Shown piece by piece: positions 1 to 9,335 of a DNA stretch of 33,971 nucleotides. This stretch comes from a virus (lineage: Duplodnaviria > Caudoviricetes). How positions within the stretch are numbered: the stretch's first letter is position 1; every line of letters starts with the position of its first letter. A program made the position numbers and the translations under genes. The notes beneath the pieces are model-generated. The model was not told the origin of the DNA, did not search any database, and saw only the letters and a list, made by a program, of their open reading frames with translations. The stretch is from positions 1-33,971 of IMG/VR virus record IMGVR_UViG_3300031565_000195; one strand, written 5' to 3'.

Positions 1-268
1 CGTATCCTTCCCCTGTCTTGATAGCGGCGGGAGATTTTAGGCGACCAGAACGATAGCCTTCCTCTAATTGCCCCATACTCTCCGGTGAAGGTGCTTTATG
101 CATAATCCCCCCCTCCGCTCCATAGGGCAAGCCTGACTCCTCGTATTCTTTTTCTGGACCATAATAATATTTCTCCACCTCCGGCAACATCTCAGCCGGA
201 TATGTAAGCGCCTCATGTGGCCCTCGCATACTTCTTACTCCTAAAGGTTGTGGTGGTCTCATAGGCAT
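1..268 (-). CDS. Partial CDS (runs off the window edge), probable virion/ejection protein
   Basis: GGAGG RBS then ATG at 268; frame MPMRPPQPLGVRSM... stays open to position 1; follows the putative ejection protein; not in the ORF track. Confidence 0.65.
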   Translation of the reverse strand, partial: MPMRPPQPLGVRSMRGPHEALTYPAEMLPEVEKYYYGPEKEYEESGLPYGAEGGIMHKAPSPESMGQLEEGYRSGRLKSPAAIKTGEGY

Positions 269-280
269 TTTGTTTCCTCC

Positions 281-1432
281 TTATCTATTTCTTCCCCAAC
301 CTACCCGTTGCTCCCATTGCGGCAGAACTCCTTGTGGCCCTCTGAATTGACTGAATTCCGTGGGATAGCCCCCCCCGAAAGGTTGATTACCTCCACCTTC
401 CTGAACTGGCCCTGTAATCTGTTCTGTAATAGTAGGTTCCTGGGTAGTGGTTGTTTCCTGTCCATACTGAGCCATATACTCAGTCATAAGGGCGTTGAAG
501 TCAACGATAGCGGCCTGCTGCTCAAGCTGAACCAAGAGAGTCGCTTGATTGGCTTCAGTCTCATATTGCGCCATAGATGCCTGTGCCTCTATCTGATATT
601 GGTTCATCATGCTCTGGAAAGCGGCCTGGAACTGAACATTCTCCGCTGATACATCGGCTTGATATTTCGCCATGACAGCTCCGACATCGGCATTGTATTC
701 AGCAAGCCGTCCAGTCAAATCCCCTTGATACTTTCTGGCTATGGCATCGGCTTCGGCCTCAAAGTCCATTGCCGCCGCTTGGAATTGATAGCCATACTTG
801 GCACTATATTCCTGGACCGCTGCACTGTGGGCCTCTCCCATGACCTGGCTTAATCCCCTGCCATATCCGGTCATGGCTTCCCTAGCGTTGTGGCGCGAAA
901 TAGGGTCGTTGCCCATCTTGGCAGTCATTTCCCTTAGCCCTTCTTTTAATCCACGCACACCAGGAGCAGCCTTTTTCTGAGCCATACTGCTAATTGCTTT
1001 CTCGCTCCATGCGGGGGCTTGAAATTTGGGTGCAGATGGAGCTTCAGGTGCCTCAAAAGTAGGCATAACGGGAGCGGCAGGGGCGTTATATTCGGGCATT
1101 TCTGGCATACCGGGAAGTTGTATGTCTCCCAAATCAGGCAATGTCGGGGTGTAATTAAATGATGGTGCCGGAATGCCAGGGACAGTAGGCGTAGTAGTTT
1201 GTGTTTGAGTGCCGGGAGTAGTTGTTTCCCAGATTCCAGTTTGGCCACCACCACTCCCCCAGTTGACACTACCGCCTCCTAGATTACTGCTAGATGGTGG
1301 GATATCCCATGTGCCGGTTTCAGGATTCCATATTCGGTCTGTCCCGCTCCCAGGACTTCCAGAATGATAACCCCAATTTCCGCGTTCATCCTGTCCCCAT
1401 TCTCCCCCACTCGGTGCTGTTGAATATGTCAT
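281..1432 (-). CDS. Putative DNA ejection/pilot (internal virion) protein
   Basis: Gly/Trp-rich N-terminus, Pro/Thr-rich linker, Ala/Gln-rich helical region with ~11-residue periodicity; lies downstream of the nozzle gene, as in podoviruses. Confidence 0.55.
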   Translation of the reverse strand: MTYSTAPSGGEWGQDERGNWGYHSGSPGSGTDRIWNPETGTWDIPPSSSNLGGGSVNWGSGGGQTGIWETTTPGTQTQTTTPTVPGIPAPSFNYTPTLPDLGDIQLPGMPEMPEYNAPAAPVMPTFEAPEAPSAPKFQAPAWSEKAISSMAQKKAAPGVRGLKEGLREMTAKMGNDPISRHNAREAMTGYGRGLSQVMGEAHSAAVQEYSAKYGYQFQAAAMDFEAEADAIARKYQGDLTGRLAEYNADVGAVMAKYQADVSAENVQFQAAFQSMMNQYQIEAQASMAQYETEANQATLLVQLEQQAAIVDFNALMTEYMAQYGQETTTTQEPTITEQITGPVQEGGGNQPFGGGYPTEFSQFRGPQGVLPQWEQRVGWGRNR

Positions 1433-1444
1433 TGTTGTTCTCCT

Positions 1445-1981
1445 TTAAGGCTTTGGAATGAAAAACTCTAGTTCTGTTAAATCATAAGGTACTGGGTCGT
1501 ATGTTCCTGAATGCTCCATAAAAAGATATTTCACAGGTTTTTTTTCCATCGGCCAATTTATCCTTGTCTCCTTGTTTACTATAGCGGGTTCGATAAAAAC
1601 CAAAGTCGTCCAGTCTTCATCCATTAGATGAAAATACACAGGAATGGTTGGATAGCTTGTATTGAATGATATTTTTTCTGGATAAAAATTCTTTGTCCAA
1701 TCATTGATAGCCTCTAACGCAATCATAGTTCCATGAGTACCATCGTCTACCCATTTATCGCCAAACCAATAATTCCATCCATATTCATCCATTTCAGGTT
1801 TCCAATGAGTATTGTCGAGAATGGAGAACCACCCATATTGTCCCCCTGCTTCCTCCTCTGGAGGAGCAGGGACATCCGTTCCTAATACAGAATCTTTCCC
1901 TCCCTTATATTCCATGTGTTGTTGCTTGGTCTGACCCAAATTTATCGCCATATATGGCTTTTTAAATGTACCGTATTGCAT
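1445..1981 (-). CDS. Hypothetical protein (tail region)
   Basis: 178-aa ORF tightly packed in the operon. Confidence 0.7.
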   Translation of the reverse strand: MQYGTFKKPYMAINLGQTKQQHMEYKGGKDSVLGTDVPAPPEEEAGGQYGWFSILDNTHWKPEMDEYGWNYWFGDKWVDDGTHGTMIALEAINDWTKNFYPEKISFNTSYPTIPVYFHLMDEDWTTLVFIEPAIVNKETRINWPMEKKPVKYLFMEHSGTYDPVPYDLTELEFFIPKP

Positions 1982-1982
1982 T

Positions 1983-2222
1983 TTAACGCCTGTAAAATTT
2001 ATCGGGATATTCTCTCATCATCTCGTTATAATCGGTTTCCATGTATGGCTTTCTCCCTGGATCTATGATTGTTATCATTGGCAATTTTTCTGCTTTTGCT
2101 TTTTGGGCATCATATTTTTTGCCTGTAAAATTCGTGACCGAGTGCATATCCCAGATGCAATCAGTCCAATTAGTAAACTTGCAATCTTCCCAGTTCTTAG
2201 CCGCACAATCATCCCAACTCAT
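1983..2222 (-). CDS. Hypothetical protein with three N-terminal W-x-D-C repeats
   Basis: SWDDCAAK/NWEDCKFT/NWTDCIWD; ATGA overlap with the upstream ORF. Confidence 0.65.
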   Translation of the reverse strand: MSWDDCAAKNWEDCKFTNWTDCIWDMHSVTNFTGKKYDAQKAKAEKLPMITIIDPGRKPYMETDYNEMMREYPDKFYRR

Positions 2223-2374
2223 TTGTCCGGTTCTTTCTCCACCTTAATCTCGGGCAATTCTTTCTTTTTCCAGAACCCACCCTCGGTAAGGGGCCTGTCG
2301 ATTATCCTTTCCCTGCCCAACTCCTTAAAGGGGTAGGGCGTATTGAACCATCTCCTAGTGACTTGGTTTTGCAT
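2219..2374 (-). CDS. Small hypothetical protein (51 aa, MQNQVTRRWFNTPYPF...)
   Basis: Read by hand; fills the gap after the nozzle gene; its TGA overlaps the next ATG. Confidence 0.55.
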   Translation of the reverse strand: MQNQVTRRWFNTPYPFKELGRERIIDRPLTEGGFWKKKELPEIKVEKEPDK

Positions 2375-5210
2375 ACAGTTCATACCCCACATCTAAAAGA
2401 TATAGTTCCTGGCTTGCCGTGGCGTTCTGGAATTTCAGGCTGATATGAGGGTCCTGAACATCCATGCCTATCTTATGCCTCCTGAACGCATCCCCGGTTG
2501 TTTCCGCCGTCATGGGGAGATTGACCGCCGTTCCTTCCCGGGTGTTGCGGGAAGGTGTTACGATTACATTTCCGGCTGCCTGTGATTTCACCCGCAAAAG
2601 CATCTTGCGGAGCGCGAGGAAATTCCCGCCATAGTCGAGTTCCATCGTGGCAAAGGCATCTATGGCGTGGGAAGTATTGTCTATGTCTACATCATTAGTT
2701 CCTGTATTAAGATGACATACGCCTGAAAACTCCGAGTGCCCACCTACCCCTCCACCATATTGAAGTATGGCTACTTCACCGCTTGCCGCTTCTACCTCGC
2801 ACATACAGGAAAGGTTTACACCAAGGACATCAAAGCTCCATGTTTTGTCTACCAAATCAAAAACGGGAAATAAATTAGGTGTTGCGGAATAGATTTCATA
2901 TCCCTCTTCGGACTCTTCGGAAGCCATAATATCCGTATCAAGGGTTAACTCTATCGAGCTATTTACGCTGACAACCAAGGCAGTAGTAGCATCGGTCGTA
3001 TTATAAACCGTATCCCCTTTTGCTATCTTATGGGTTATGGGATGAGTAGTGAGTTCCTTCTTGGTCGTGAAAGCTCCCGCAGTATCGACAAGTTTGTAGG
3101 GAACCGTACTTGTTGTCGTGCTGGTTAAAACGGGTTCTCCTGAAACTAATCCGAGGCGTAGTACATTGTCGCACGTATCGTGAAAGATGAAGTTTTCCTT
3201 TTCATATCCGCGCCTGATACACTCGGATTTTTTCGGGTCAAAGTAGTTCCGAATATCATCAGTGACAATCGATACGCTCATTCCATCGGTCACGCCCATT
3301 CCATAACGGTTGAGGAAAAATCCAAGAGTCTTTAATTTTTCCTCTGTAGCCGTGGAGGTCAAAACACCATCCACCACAACCGCACTCTTGGCGCTGAATG
3401 TTCCTACCTTGGATGTAACGAGTACCTTACCGTAATTATCAACGGCGTTCCCCTCAAAGAGCGTTATGCAGCCGCCCTCAACACCTCTCTCCTCCTGGAA
3501 TACCAGAAGCTCGTTATAGAACTGTTTCATGCAGACAACGGGGTTTGTCCTTCCATCTCCCGATTCAAATATGGCAAAGTCATTTCCGTTGAGCATCAAG
3601 GGGTTATATCCAGCAGAAACGTAAACATACCAAGGATATCTATCAAAAGTATAAGTCCCTCTCCCCTTCCAGGCACATGATGCTTTGCCCACTTCCCCCG
3701 CTTCCTTGATATCAAAGAAAGGCATGGTTTCGATGGATATCTGGACATCTGAGCTTAGGGTCGCCGTTGATACATAGATATAATACCAGTAGGCAAGATA
3801 CCGGGATTTCTGGAACTGCACGGGCTTTGCCGCCGTTGTCGGTCTCCCCCAGGTAATCCAACCGGAATTAGCGAACCCACTCGTGCCGTCCACAATAGTC
3901 CCTACCGATGTCCAGTCTATTCCCGTCCATGTTTCAATACCAGCTATAGCAGACGTACTGTTCGTATTAGGTGTATCCCCTACATCAATATAAAGCGCGG
4001 CAATAGGGTCCGCAGAGCAGAAATAAATCCTATCCTCCGAATCATCGGCGGAATGAACCATTGAATCGATTTCCACCATCTCCCCCGAAAAGACGCTGTA
4101 CTTCTCAGCTTCCGCTTGTTCTAAGGTCTTGCCGGGATCATAGCGAATGGCTTTCCCTATGCCTCCTGTCCCTCCACTTCTTCCTCTTCCAAGGGATTGT
4201 GCGGTTTGCTTGTATACGCTCGCACTATTATCGAAAAACCGTGCCTCAATCGCATACTGCGGTATCCCATCCCATAGGTTCACAATGTTCTGAAAGGCGC
4301 TCCCGTAGGTGAGGGATGATACTTCTACCTCAGCGTCAAGTTGTGTGGCCGTTTCCCACCGATACCAGAACCCGGATATACCGAACATATAGAATGGGAT
4401 TTCATCGTCAGGATGGCTCCATGTCATAGTACCGTTTTCACCAAGAGTATCCGTATCGTCTTTACTGGTATTATCTACTTCTTCAGTATCCTCCCAGGTA
4501 TTATCCGATTTCCGATAACTCAGCGTTCCCACGGCTTGGGTATCGTTTTCGTGGCCCGCAACGAACGCCCAGGTCAACCTATTGGCCGGAACAGGGGTAC
4601 AAATAAGTATGCACTCGTTATTGTCATAGGTATCTAAAGAATCAAGCACGGCAAAGGTTGTAATGGCACCATCCGTGACTTCCTTGCTGTAATCGGTGTA
4701 ATCCTCATCGGGGATATCAGGGAGTTCGGTGTCTGCGCTGTCGTATTTGATGAATTTCGTTACATAGTTCGCTGTACCCGCATAGATTTGATGCTGGTCC
4801 GCACCATTAGAATAAAGCATGAGATCCTTGATGTTGCTCCATGAAGCGGGAATTATGGCAGCATAATTGTTGCTGTCATGCACATCATTTCCGAAACCAC
4901 CCGTGGTTACAGTGGGTGGATTATCCTCTGCTTCAAGTAGATTTCCGTTCTCGAATTGTGCGAAGAAATGCCGTTCTGTCCGGGTTCCCTTGGAAAACTG
5001 ATATAGAGATAAAACCTTATTGGTCCCTTCTTCGGTAGTGTGCTTTCTGGCGCATCCCTTTCTTTGCTCCATCCCAGGGTGTGCCTGACGCATATTCTGA
5101 ATCATGGAATACCCGCCTCCGGGGATAAGTGCCTTTTCTATGGCGGTCTTCGCCCCTCCCCTGAAAGGAACCGTGTTTATAGCTAATATTTGTTGTTTCC
5201 CGCTTGCCAT
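2355..5210 (-). CDS. Tail nozzle / DNA stabilization protein (tail tubular protein B-like)
   Basis: 951 aa, beta-rich; N-terminal F-x-GG...NMR pattern; directly follows the adaptor-like gene. Confidence 0.65.
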   Translation of the reverse strand: MASGKQQILAINTVPFRGGAKTAIEKALIPGGGYSMIQNMRQAHPGMEQRKGCARKHTTEEGTNKVLSLYQFSKGTRTERHFFAQFENGNLLEAEDNPPTVTTGGFGNDVHDSNNYAAIIPASWSNIKDLMLYSNGADQHQIYAGTANYVTKFIKYDSADTELPDIPDEDYTDYSKEVTDGAITTFAVLDSLDTYDNNECILICTPVPANRLTWAFVAGHENDTQAVGTLSYRKSDNTWEDTEEVDNTSKDDTDTLGENGTMTWSHPDDEIPFYMFGISGFWYRWETATQLDAEVEVSSLTYGSAFQNIVNLWDGIPQYAIEARFFDNSASVYKQTAQSLGRGRSGGTGGIGKAIRYDPGKTLEQAEAEKYSVFSGEMVEIDSMVHSADDSEDRIYFCSADPIAALYIDVGDTPNTNSTSAIAGIETWTGIDWTSVGTIVDGTSGFANSGWITWGRPTTAAKPVQFQKSRYLAYWYYIYVSTATLSSDVQISIETMPFFDIKEAGEVGKASCAWKGRGTYTFDRYPWYVYVSAGYNPLMLNGNDFAIFESGDGRTNPVVCMKQFYNELLVFQEERGVEGGCITLFEGNAVDNYGKVLVTSKVGTFSAKSAVVVDGVLTSTATEEKLKTLGFFLNRYGMGVTDGMSVSIVTDDIRNYFDPKKSECIRRGYEKENFIFHDTCDNVLRLGLVSGEPVLTSTTTSTVPYKLVDTAGAFTTKKELTTHPITHKIAKGDTVYNTTDATTALVVSVNSSIELTLDTDIMASEESEEGYEIYSATPNLFPVFDLVDKTWSFDVLGVNLSCMCEVEAASGEVAILQYGGGVGGHSEFSGVCHLNTGTNDVDIDNTSHAIDAFATMELDYGGNFLALRKMLLRVKSQAAGNVIVTPSRNTREGTAVNLPMTAETTGDAFRRHKIGMDVQDPHISLKFQNATASQELYLLDVGYELYAKPSH

Positions 5211-6154
5211 TATGCCCGTTTCTTCAAATTCACCTTGAAGCCTCTTTTCTTAATCATGGGCCTCATGTTGGTGTAATCCTCTTTTACTTTCATGTCCCAG
5301 AGGCCAAGGAATTCCCTGGCGAATTCTCTCTGGTCATCGCGGTACTTATACTTGGCCGCTGCATAGTCTATGATCGCCTCTGAACCCTGCTGAGAGAATC
5401 GATAAACCCCGTAATCGCTGAATACCGGCTCGGGCCGCTCTATGTACTGCACCCGTACCGTGTCGTCCTCATCGTCCGGGGGTGGGTCGAGGATGAGTTC
5501 ATATCGGCCTTGGGGTTGGATTACGTAATCATCCTTATCTGTCCAATCATTGTCTGTCCCGTCGCCAAATAAAGCGCACACGAGGGCTGTTGCACTAGTC
5601 ACCGACAATACCACTCCATCGCTTTCATCAGTTGTATTGTGGATGATATCCCCCGCACTTACATACTCCGTGGTGGTAAAAAGGGCATCTGTATTGGTGA
5701 GGGTGCATTCACCTCCGGAGGAAGCTCCTGCCGATGTAGCCGATCCGGTTATCTGGGAATAGAGGGATTGCTTATCTCGGATAGAGAAATGGTCAGGAAC
5801 ATCTACGCCTTCTTGACTTGCATCTGCTACGAGTTGGTAGGTGTTGGCATGAATGATGTCCTCATAATCCTTCCAGGTAATGAAATGGTAGTTGGTTTGA
5901 TCGTAGTAGCGGACATAGAAGCGGTTGAAAGAATCGCGCAGATAGAGCTTCAGGTACTTCACATCGAGTACGTAGTTCACCTGATCTGCTACGGTGGCGA
6001 TATCCTGGTAAGAGGTGAGGCAGTTTGTCTTTGCTACATATCTCTTGGCACCTTCCCATAGAAACCAGAAGGATGTTTTATCCTTCATCCATGTAGCAAG
6101 GCCATCCTCATCTAGGATCTGCTCTAATGCATACAAGTATTCCTTCCCGTCCAT
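5210..6154 (-). CDS. Head-tail adaptor (tail tubular protein A-like)
   Basis: Helical N- and C-termini, Y-x-L after first helices, L-x-P-x-P-D...Y motif typical of podovirus adaptors; AGGAG RBS. Confidence 0.6.
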   Translation of the reverse strand: MDGKEYLYALEQILDEDGLATWMKDKTSFWFLWEGAKRYVAKTNCLTSYQDIATVADQVNYVLDVKYLKLYLRDSFNRFYVRYYDQTNYHFITWKDYEDIIHANTYQLVADASQEGVDVPDHFSIRDKQSLYSQITGSATSAGASSGGECTLTNTDALFTTTEYVSAGDIIHNTTDESDGVVLSVTSATALVCALFGDGTDNDWTDKDDYVIQPQGRYELILDPPPDDEDDTVRVQYIERPEPVFSDYGVYRFSQQGSEAIIDYAAAKYKYRDDQREFAREFLGLWDMKVKEDYTNMRPMIKKRGFKVNLKKRA

Positions 6155-6262
6155 CAATACTTCTCCTATCGTTTGGGAAGGAGGCCAAGGAAAGGATTAC
6201 CTAGTCTTTGTGTATTTCAGGATGATGCTGTAACCATACCCGGAAGTAGCCATATCATCCAT

Positions 6263-6838
6263 TTACTCCCCTTTTTTGGGCCTCCCCCCAGTTCTCACGG
6301 TTACGTTATCCCTTCTCAGGGTTTCAACATTCGTCGGTTCTCCCAACATTTTTCCGATTATTTTAAATGCTTTTGAGGCACCATCTCTGCTAACCTTGCC
6401 ATCGGCAACCTGAAGATTACACATTCTTGCTATTTCAGGATGTACGGTAATGCTTGGCGTAATCATCCTATCAGCCTCTTCATGTGCGTTGGCAGTTCCG
6501 AGCATCATTTCACTACGGGTATACATGTAGTTTTTAATGTCTTTTCCCAGCTCTTTGTATACTGCATGAAGTTCATCTTTTTGCTTATCATTCAATTTGG
6601 GCCTGGATTTCGCTATGAGATCGAGTTTAGCTTTTTCTCGTTTCAATTCTTCTCTTGCCGCGACCACATGCTCAAAGGGAATCCGGTTTTCTTTTAATTC
6701 CCGCTCTTTCCTGTCGTGGCTTTCTCGTAGCTCATCAATCTGAAATCCGTGCATCCAGACTGGGTACTCTGAAGTTACTATGCCATCCGGTTTGCCTTCC
6801 TTGCGGTCTATCGGTCCAAAAAATTCGATGTCCTTCAT
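6263..6838 (-). CDS. Hypothetical protein (charged, helical)
   Basis: 191-aa ORF with AGGAG RBS. Confidence 0.75.
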   Translation of the reverse strand: MKDIEFFGPIDRKEGKPDGIVTSEYPVWMHGFQIDELRESHDRKERELKENRIPFEHVVAAREELKREKAKLDLIAKSRPKLNDKQKDELHAVYKELGKDIKNYMYTRSEMMLGTANAHEEADRMITPSITVHPEIARMCNLQVADGKVSRDGASKAFKIIGKMLGEPTNVETLRRDNVTVRTGGRPKKGE

Positions 6839-6852
6839 ATTATCTCCTTTGG

Positions 6853-7257
6853 TTAAAATTCATATTCTAAGATAACGTACACTGTCCCGGCTTCAGCCTC
6901 ATCCGTTACATGCGAAATGGTAATCATTTTTCCAGCCGTGAGAGCGGTTGACGCTAAGGTTAGTTCTTGAACCGTGCCGACAGCTTGACTCGCAGATATT
7001 AAGCCATTTGCTTGATCGGTTGTACCCAAAACATAGGCATCAACATCATCACTTCCACCATCAGCATTGGCGTAACCCACCTTGACTGCCATAGTATCAA
7101 CTGAGCCATCGGTTGCTTCTATAAATATCATAGCTGCTCGCAGCAATGTTCCAGCGCGAGGGATGAAAATAAGATTATCTAAAGTAGCACTAGCTTCTGA
7201 AAGATCTATCGCCGCTGATTGATAATGATAAGCCTTACGTGCTCTCTCTATTTCCAT
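6853..7257 (-). CDS. Small beta-rich putative virion protein
   Basis: Acidic, Ala/Thr/Val-rich, ends in a beta strand (VYVILEY); in the structural operon. Confidence 0.55.
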   Translation of the reverse strand: MEIERARKAYHYQSAAIDLSEASATLDNLIFIPRAGTLLRAAMIFIEATDGSVDTMAVKVGYANADGGSDDVDAYVLGTTDQANGLISASQAVGTVQELTLASTALTAGKMITISHVTDEAEAGTVYVILEYEF

Positions 7258-7259
7258 GA

Positions 7260-7574
7260 TTACACCTCTTCCATGTACATCACCGAAACGCCATCCCCTG
7301 AAACGCTGACATCAATCCAGATATCTGTAAGGGAAATTTGGGTGCCAGCCTCGTATCCAAAGTCTATGGCTGTCATCCTGATACTATCTCCGGCAGATAA
7401 GTCCGCACCATAATGAGTACTTGAGACATTCTCATCACCAATGTAGACATAGCCCGTGTTGGATCTTTCTGCGGTGATAAGAACAGCCCCTACATTTAAG
7501 TCCAAGGGTGTCAAGCGTTCCTGAGTGGTAGTAATAGCTACCGTTGATAAAAAGCACAGTGGTTTAATGTTCAT
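7260..7574 (-). CDS. Small beta-rich putative virion protein
   Basis: A..SNTGYVYIGD...G..L..GDS pattern common in small phage structural proteins. Confidence 0.55.
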   Translation of the reverse strand: MNIKPLCFLSTVAITTTQERLTPLDLNVGAVLITAERSNTGYVYIGDENVSSTHYGADLSAGDSIRMTAIDFGYEAGTQISLTDIWIDVSVSGDGVSVMYMEEV

Positions 7575-7576
7575 GT

Positions 7577-7948
7577 TTACCTCCTATCATAGTGAGCTGT
7601 GATACCTACAGACACGGATGCCTGCGTATCTGCTCCCGATAGAATAGCCTGCAAGCCCTCATTTACCAGGTCACTAACCTTCACGCCAGCTTCGCCCCAG
7701 TCCACAGAAAAATCCTTTACGCTATCTACATCAATAGACCACATCCAATCGGCATCATCTGTTTGGATAGTAAGAATACCATTACCGCCCACAGCAGCTT
7801 TAAAGACCGAGATATTGATCTTCTCTACATAGAGGTATAGACCTGCATTTCTGGATGACGACTCTATGATCTGAAGGCTGGCATTCTCTTCTTCTACGAT
7901 ACCGGAAGCGTTAGCAGGCGGCATCCCATCTGCTCGTAAAAAGCCCAT
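7577..7948 (-). CDS. Small beta-rich putative virion protein
   Basis: 123-aa ORF with AAGGAG RBS, acidic and beta-rich. Confidence 0.55.
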   Translation of the reverse strand: MGFLRADGMPPANASGIVEEENASLQIIESSSRNAGLYLYVEKINISVFKAAVGGNGILTIQTDDADWMWSIDVDSVKDFSVDWGEAGVKVSDLVNEGLQAILSGADTQASVSVGITAHYDRR

Positions 7949-7964
7949 TGTTATCTCCTTGTTG

Positions 7965-7988
7965 AAGGGGGGCTTTATCGCCCCCCTT
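7965..7988. terminator. Perfect 9-bp GC hairpin (mRNA stabiliser or plus-strand terminator)
   Basis: AAGGGGGGC-TTTATC-GCCCCCCTT; a T-tract follows only on the plus strand. Confidence 0.55.
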
Positions 7989-7993
7989 AGTTT

Positions 7994-8914
7994 TTACTCA
8001 GCGGCAGTACCAAGAACGATACCGTGAACATCCACACCAAAATCATCAACAATGTAACTTTCCAGACAACTCATATTGCCGATGTCATAGTTAGCAGCCG
8101 TAGTTGCTAATCCACCGGATAACATATTCCGAGCAAAGATTCCGGTTGCATTGGCATCAAGTTCTACTGCCATATCACCTGCGGTAACGCTGTCATTCTT
8201 GATTGAGTTGTCAGCTATATACGCCCTCAAAATCTCATCGCACGAACCTGGAGTGGTGTTATCAAGGGCATGTTCAGTAAAGTGACCTGCAATCTGATTG
8301 CCTACAATTTCGAGGTCATCACATCCATCAACAACTACTCCTGAAGTTGCACTTGCCGTATGTAGACTGTGGAACTTGTTGTAGTAAATCTTAACAAACT
8401 GTGCATCCGTAGCAGTCAAAAGATTAGTGAATTGTGAAGTGGCATGCATCACGGTCTCGCAACCATCAACTATGGCTGCTTCACCAGTAATATTAATAGC
8501 ATTTGTAACCGTGGCTGCTACAGTACCAAGATCAAATCTCAGGTTAGAGACCCTTACTGAGGCCCCTGTAATAGCAAATGTCGCCCCTAATGCACCGAAA
8601 GTGATAGTCGGTCTGTTTGCACCCCATCCCAACCCATAAATGCAGATTCCCGCAATATCGGCTGTAATGCTGACAATCGGATCTTCGCTATGACCAGGCA
8701 TAACCAAAATCACATCACCCTTACTAGCCGTACATTGACCGATTGCGTAGTCTATGTCTGCAAACGGATGATCCGGATCTTTACCATCATTAGCGTTAGA
8801 GCCTGAATCGTCTACGAAAAAATAAGTACCTGTGGTTACGGGAATTTGAGAACCCCCGATTACAGGCACACCAAATGAACTTATCCCGTTAGGAAATTGC
8901 GTGAGTCCCATCAT
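7994..8914 (-). CDS. Right-handed beta-helix (pectin-lyase-like) fibre/decoration protein, paralogue 2
   Basis: YFFVDDSGSNANDGKDPDHPFADIDYAI...GDVILVMPGH cap motif followed by Asn/Gly beta-helix repeats. Confidence 0.7.
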   Translation of the reverse strand: MMGLTQFPNGISSFGVPVIGGSQIPVTTGTYFFVDDSGSNANDGKDPDHPFADIDYAIGQCTASKGDVILVMPGHSEDPIVSITADIAGICIYGLGWGANRPTITFGALGATFAITGASVRVSNLRFDLGTVAATVTNAINITGEAAIVDGCETVMHATSQFTNLLTATDAQFVKIYYNKFHSLHTASATSGVVVDGCDDLEIVGNQIAGHFTEHALDNTTPGSCDEILRAYIADNSIKNDSVTAGDMAVELDANATGIFARNMLSGGLATTAANYDIGNMSCLESYIVDDFGVDVHGIVLGTAAE

Positions 8915-8925
8915 ATTCTCCTTTT

Positions 8926-9018
8926 GGAACGCCTCCCCTCATCTCATGGAGTCGCTCGGATGATTTTCACACCCGCTTACCCTTTTGTATCCAGACAGAC
9001 TCTCATCAAACCTGCCTG
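8926..9018 (-). ncRNA. Candidate structured leader RNA, copy A
   Basis: Hairpin with TGATGAG loop, ATACAAAAGGGTAAGC, stem GGGTG/CATCC closing TGAAAAT, CATGAGA, TTCC, then RBS; matches 10371-10466 with compensatory stem changes. Confidence 0.6.
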
Positions 9019-9030
9019 AAGATTGAACGC

Positions 9031-9100
9031 AAAAAACCCCCCAAAGAAGGTGATTTAAGTCATCTATCCTTGGAGGGTTTCTATTGACTAGAGCGTCCCT
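9031..9100 (-). promoter_or_regulatory. Antiterminator/terminator switch element, copy 4 in transcription order
   Basis: AGGGACGCTC-TAGTCAATA-GAAACCCT overlapping terminator stem AAACCCTCCAAGGA/TCTTTGGGGGGTTT plus T-tract. Confidence 0.8.
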
Positions 9101-9126
9101 ATGTGTAATTCAGTATGCTCTTAAGG

Positions 9127-9324
9127 TTATTTTACTTTATTCCAGATTTTAGTCAAAGCTGCTGTGATTGTATCAAGTTTGTTTGTGATATCAGAAACGT
9201 CAATTACACCCATTTCCACATATCCGGTTTTATTACAAATGGTACAATCCTCTCCTTGTCCTGTAGCAGTAGGTATGGTTCCAGATCCTTGGCATACTGG
9301 ACATGGTTTTTTAATCGTAAGCAT
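9127..9324 (-). CDS. Small zinc-finger protein (DnaJ-type CxxCxGxG) with C-terminal helix
   Basis: CPVCQGSG...CTICNKTG; AGGAGG RBS. Confidence 0.7.
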   Translation of the reverse strand: MLTIKKPCPVCQGSGTIPTATGQGEDCTICNKTGYVEMGVIDVSDITNKLDTITAALTKIWNKVK

Positions 9325-9335
9325 AAAACCTCCTG

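Noticed and set aside
6197-6262. 21-codon ORF MDDMATSGYGYSIILKYTKTR
   Set aside because: Too short to support; may be a gene remnant
8926-9018. Calling the second RNA motif a cobalamin riboswitch
   Set aside because: Only the AAAGGG.AAGC plus T-loop part resembles it; GCCACTG and a same-strand B12 box are missing
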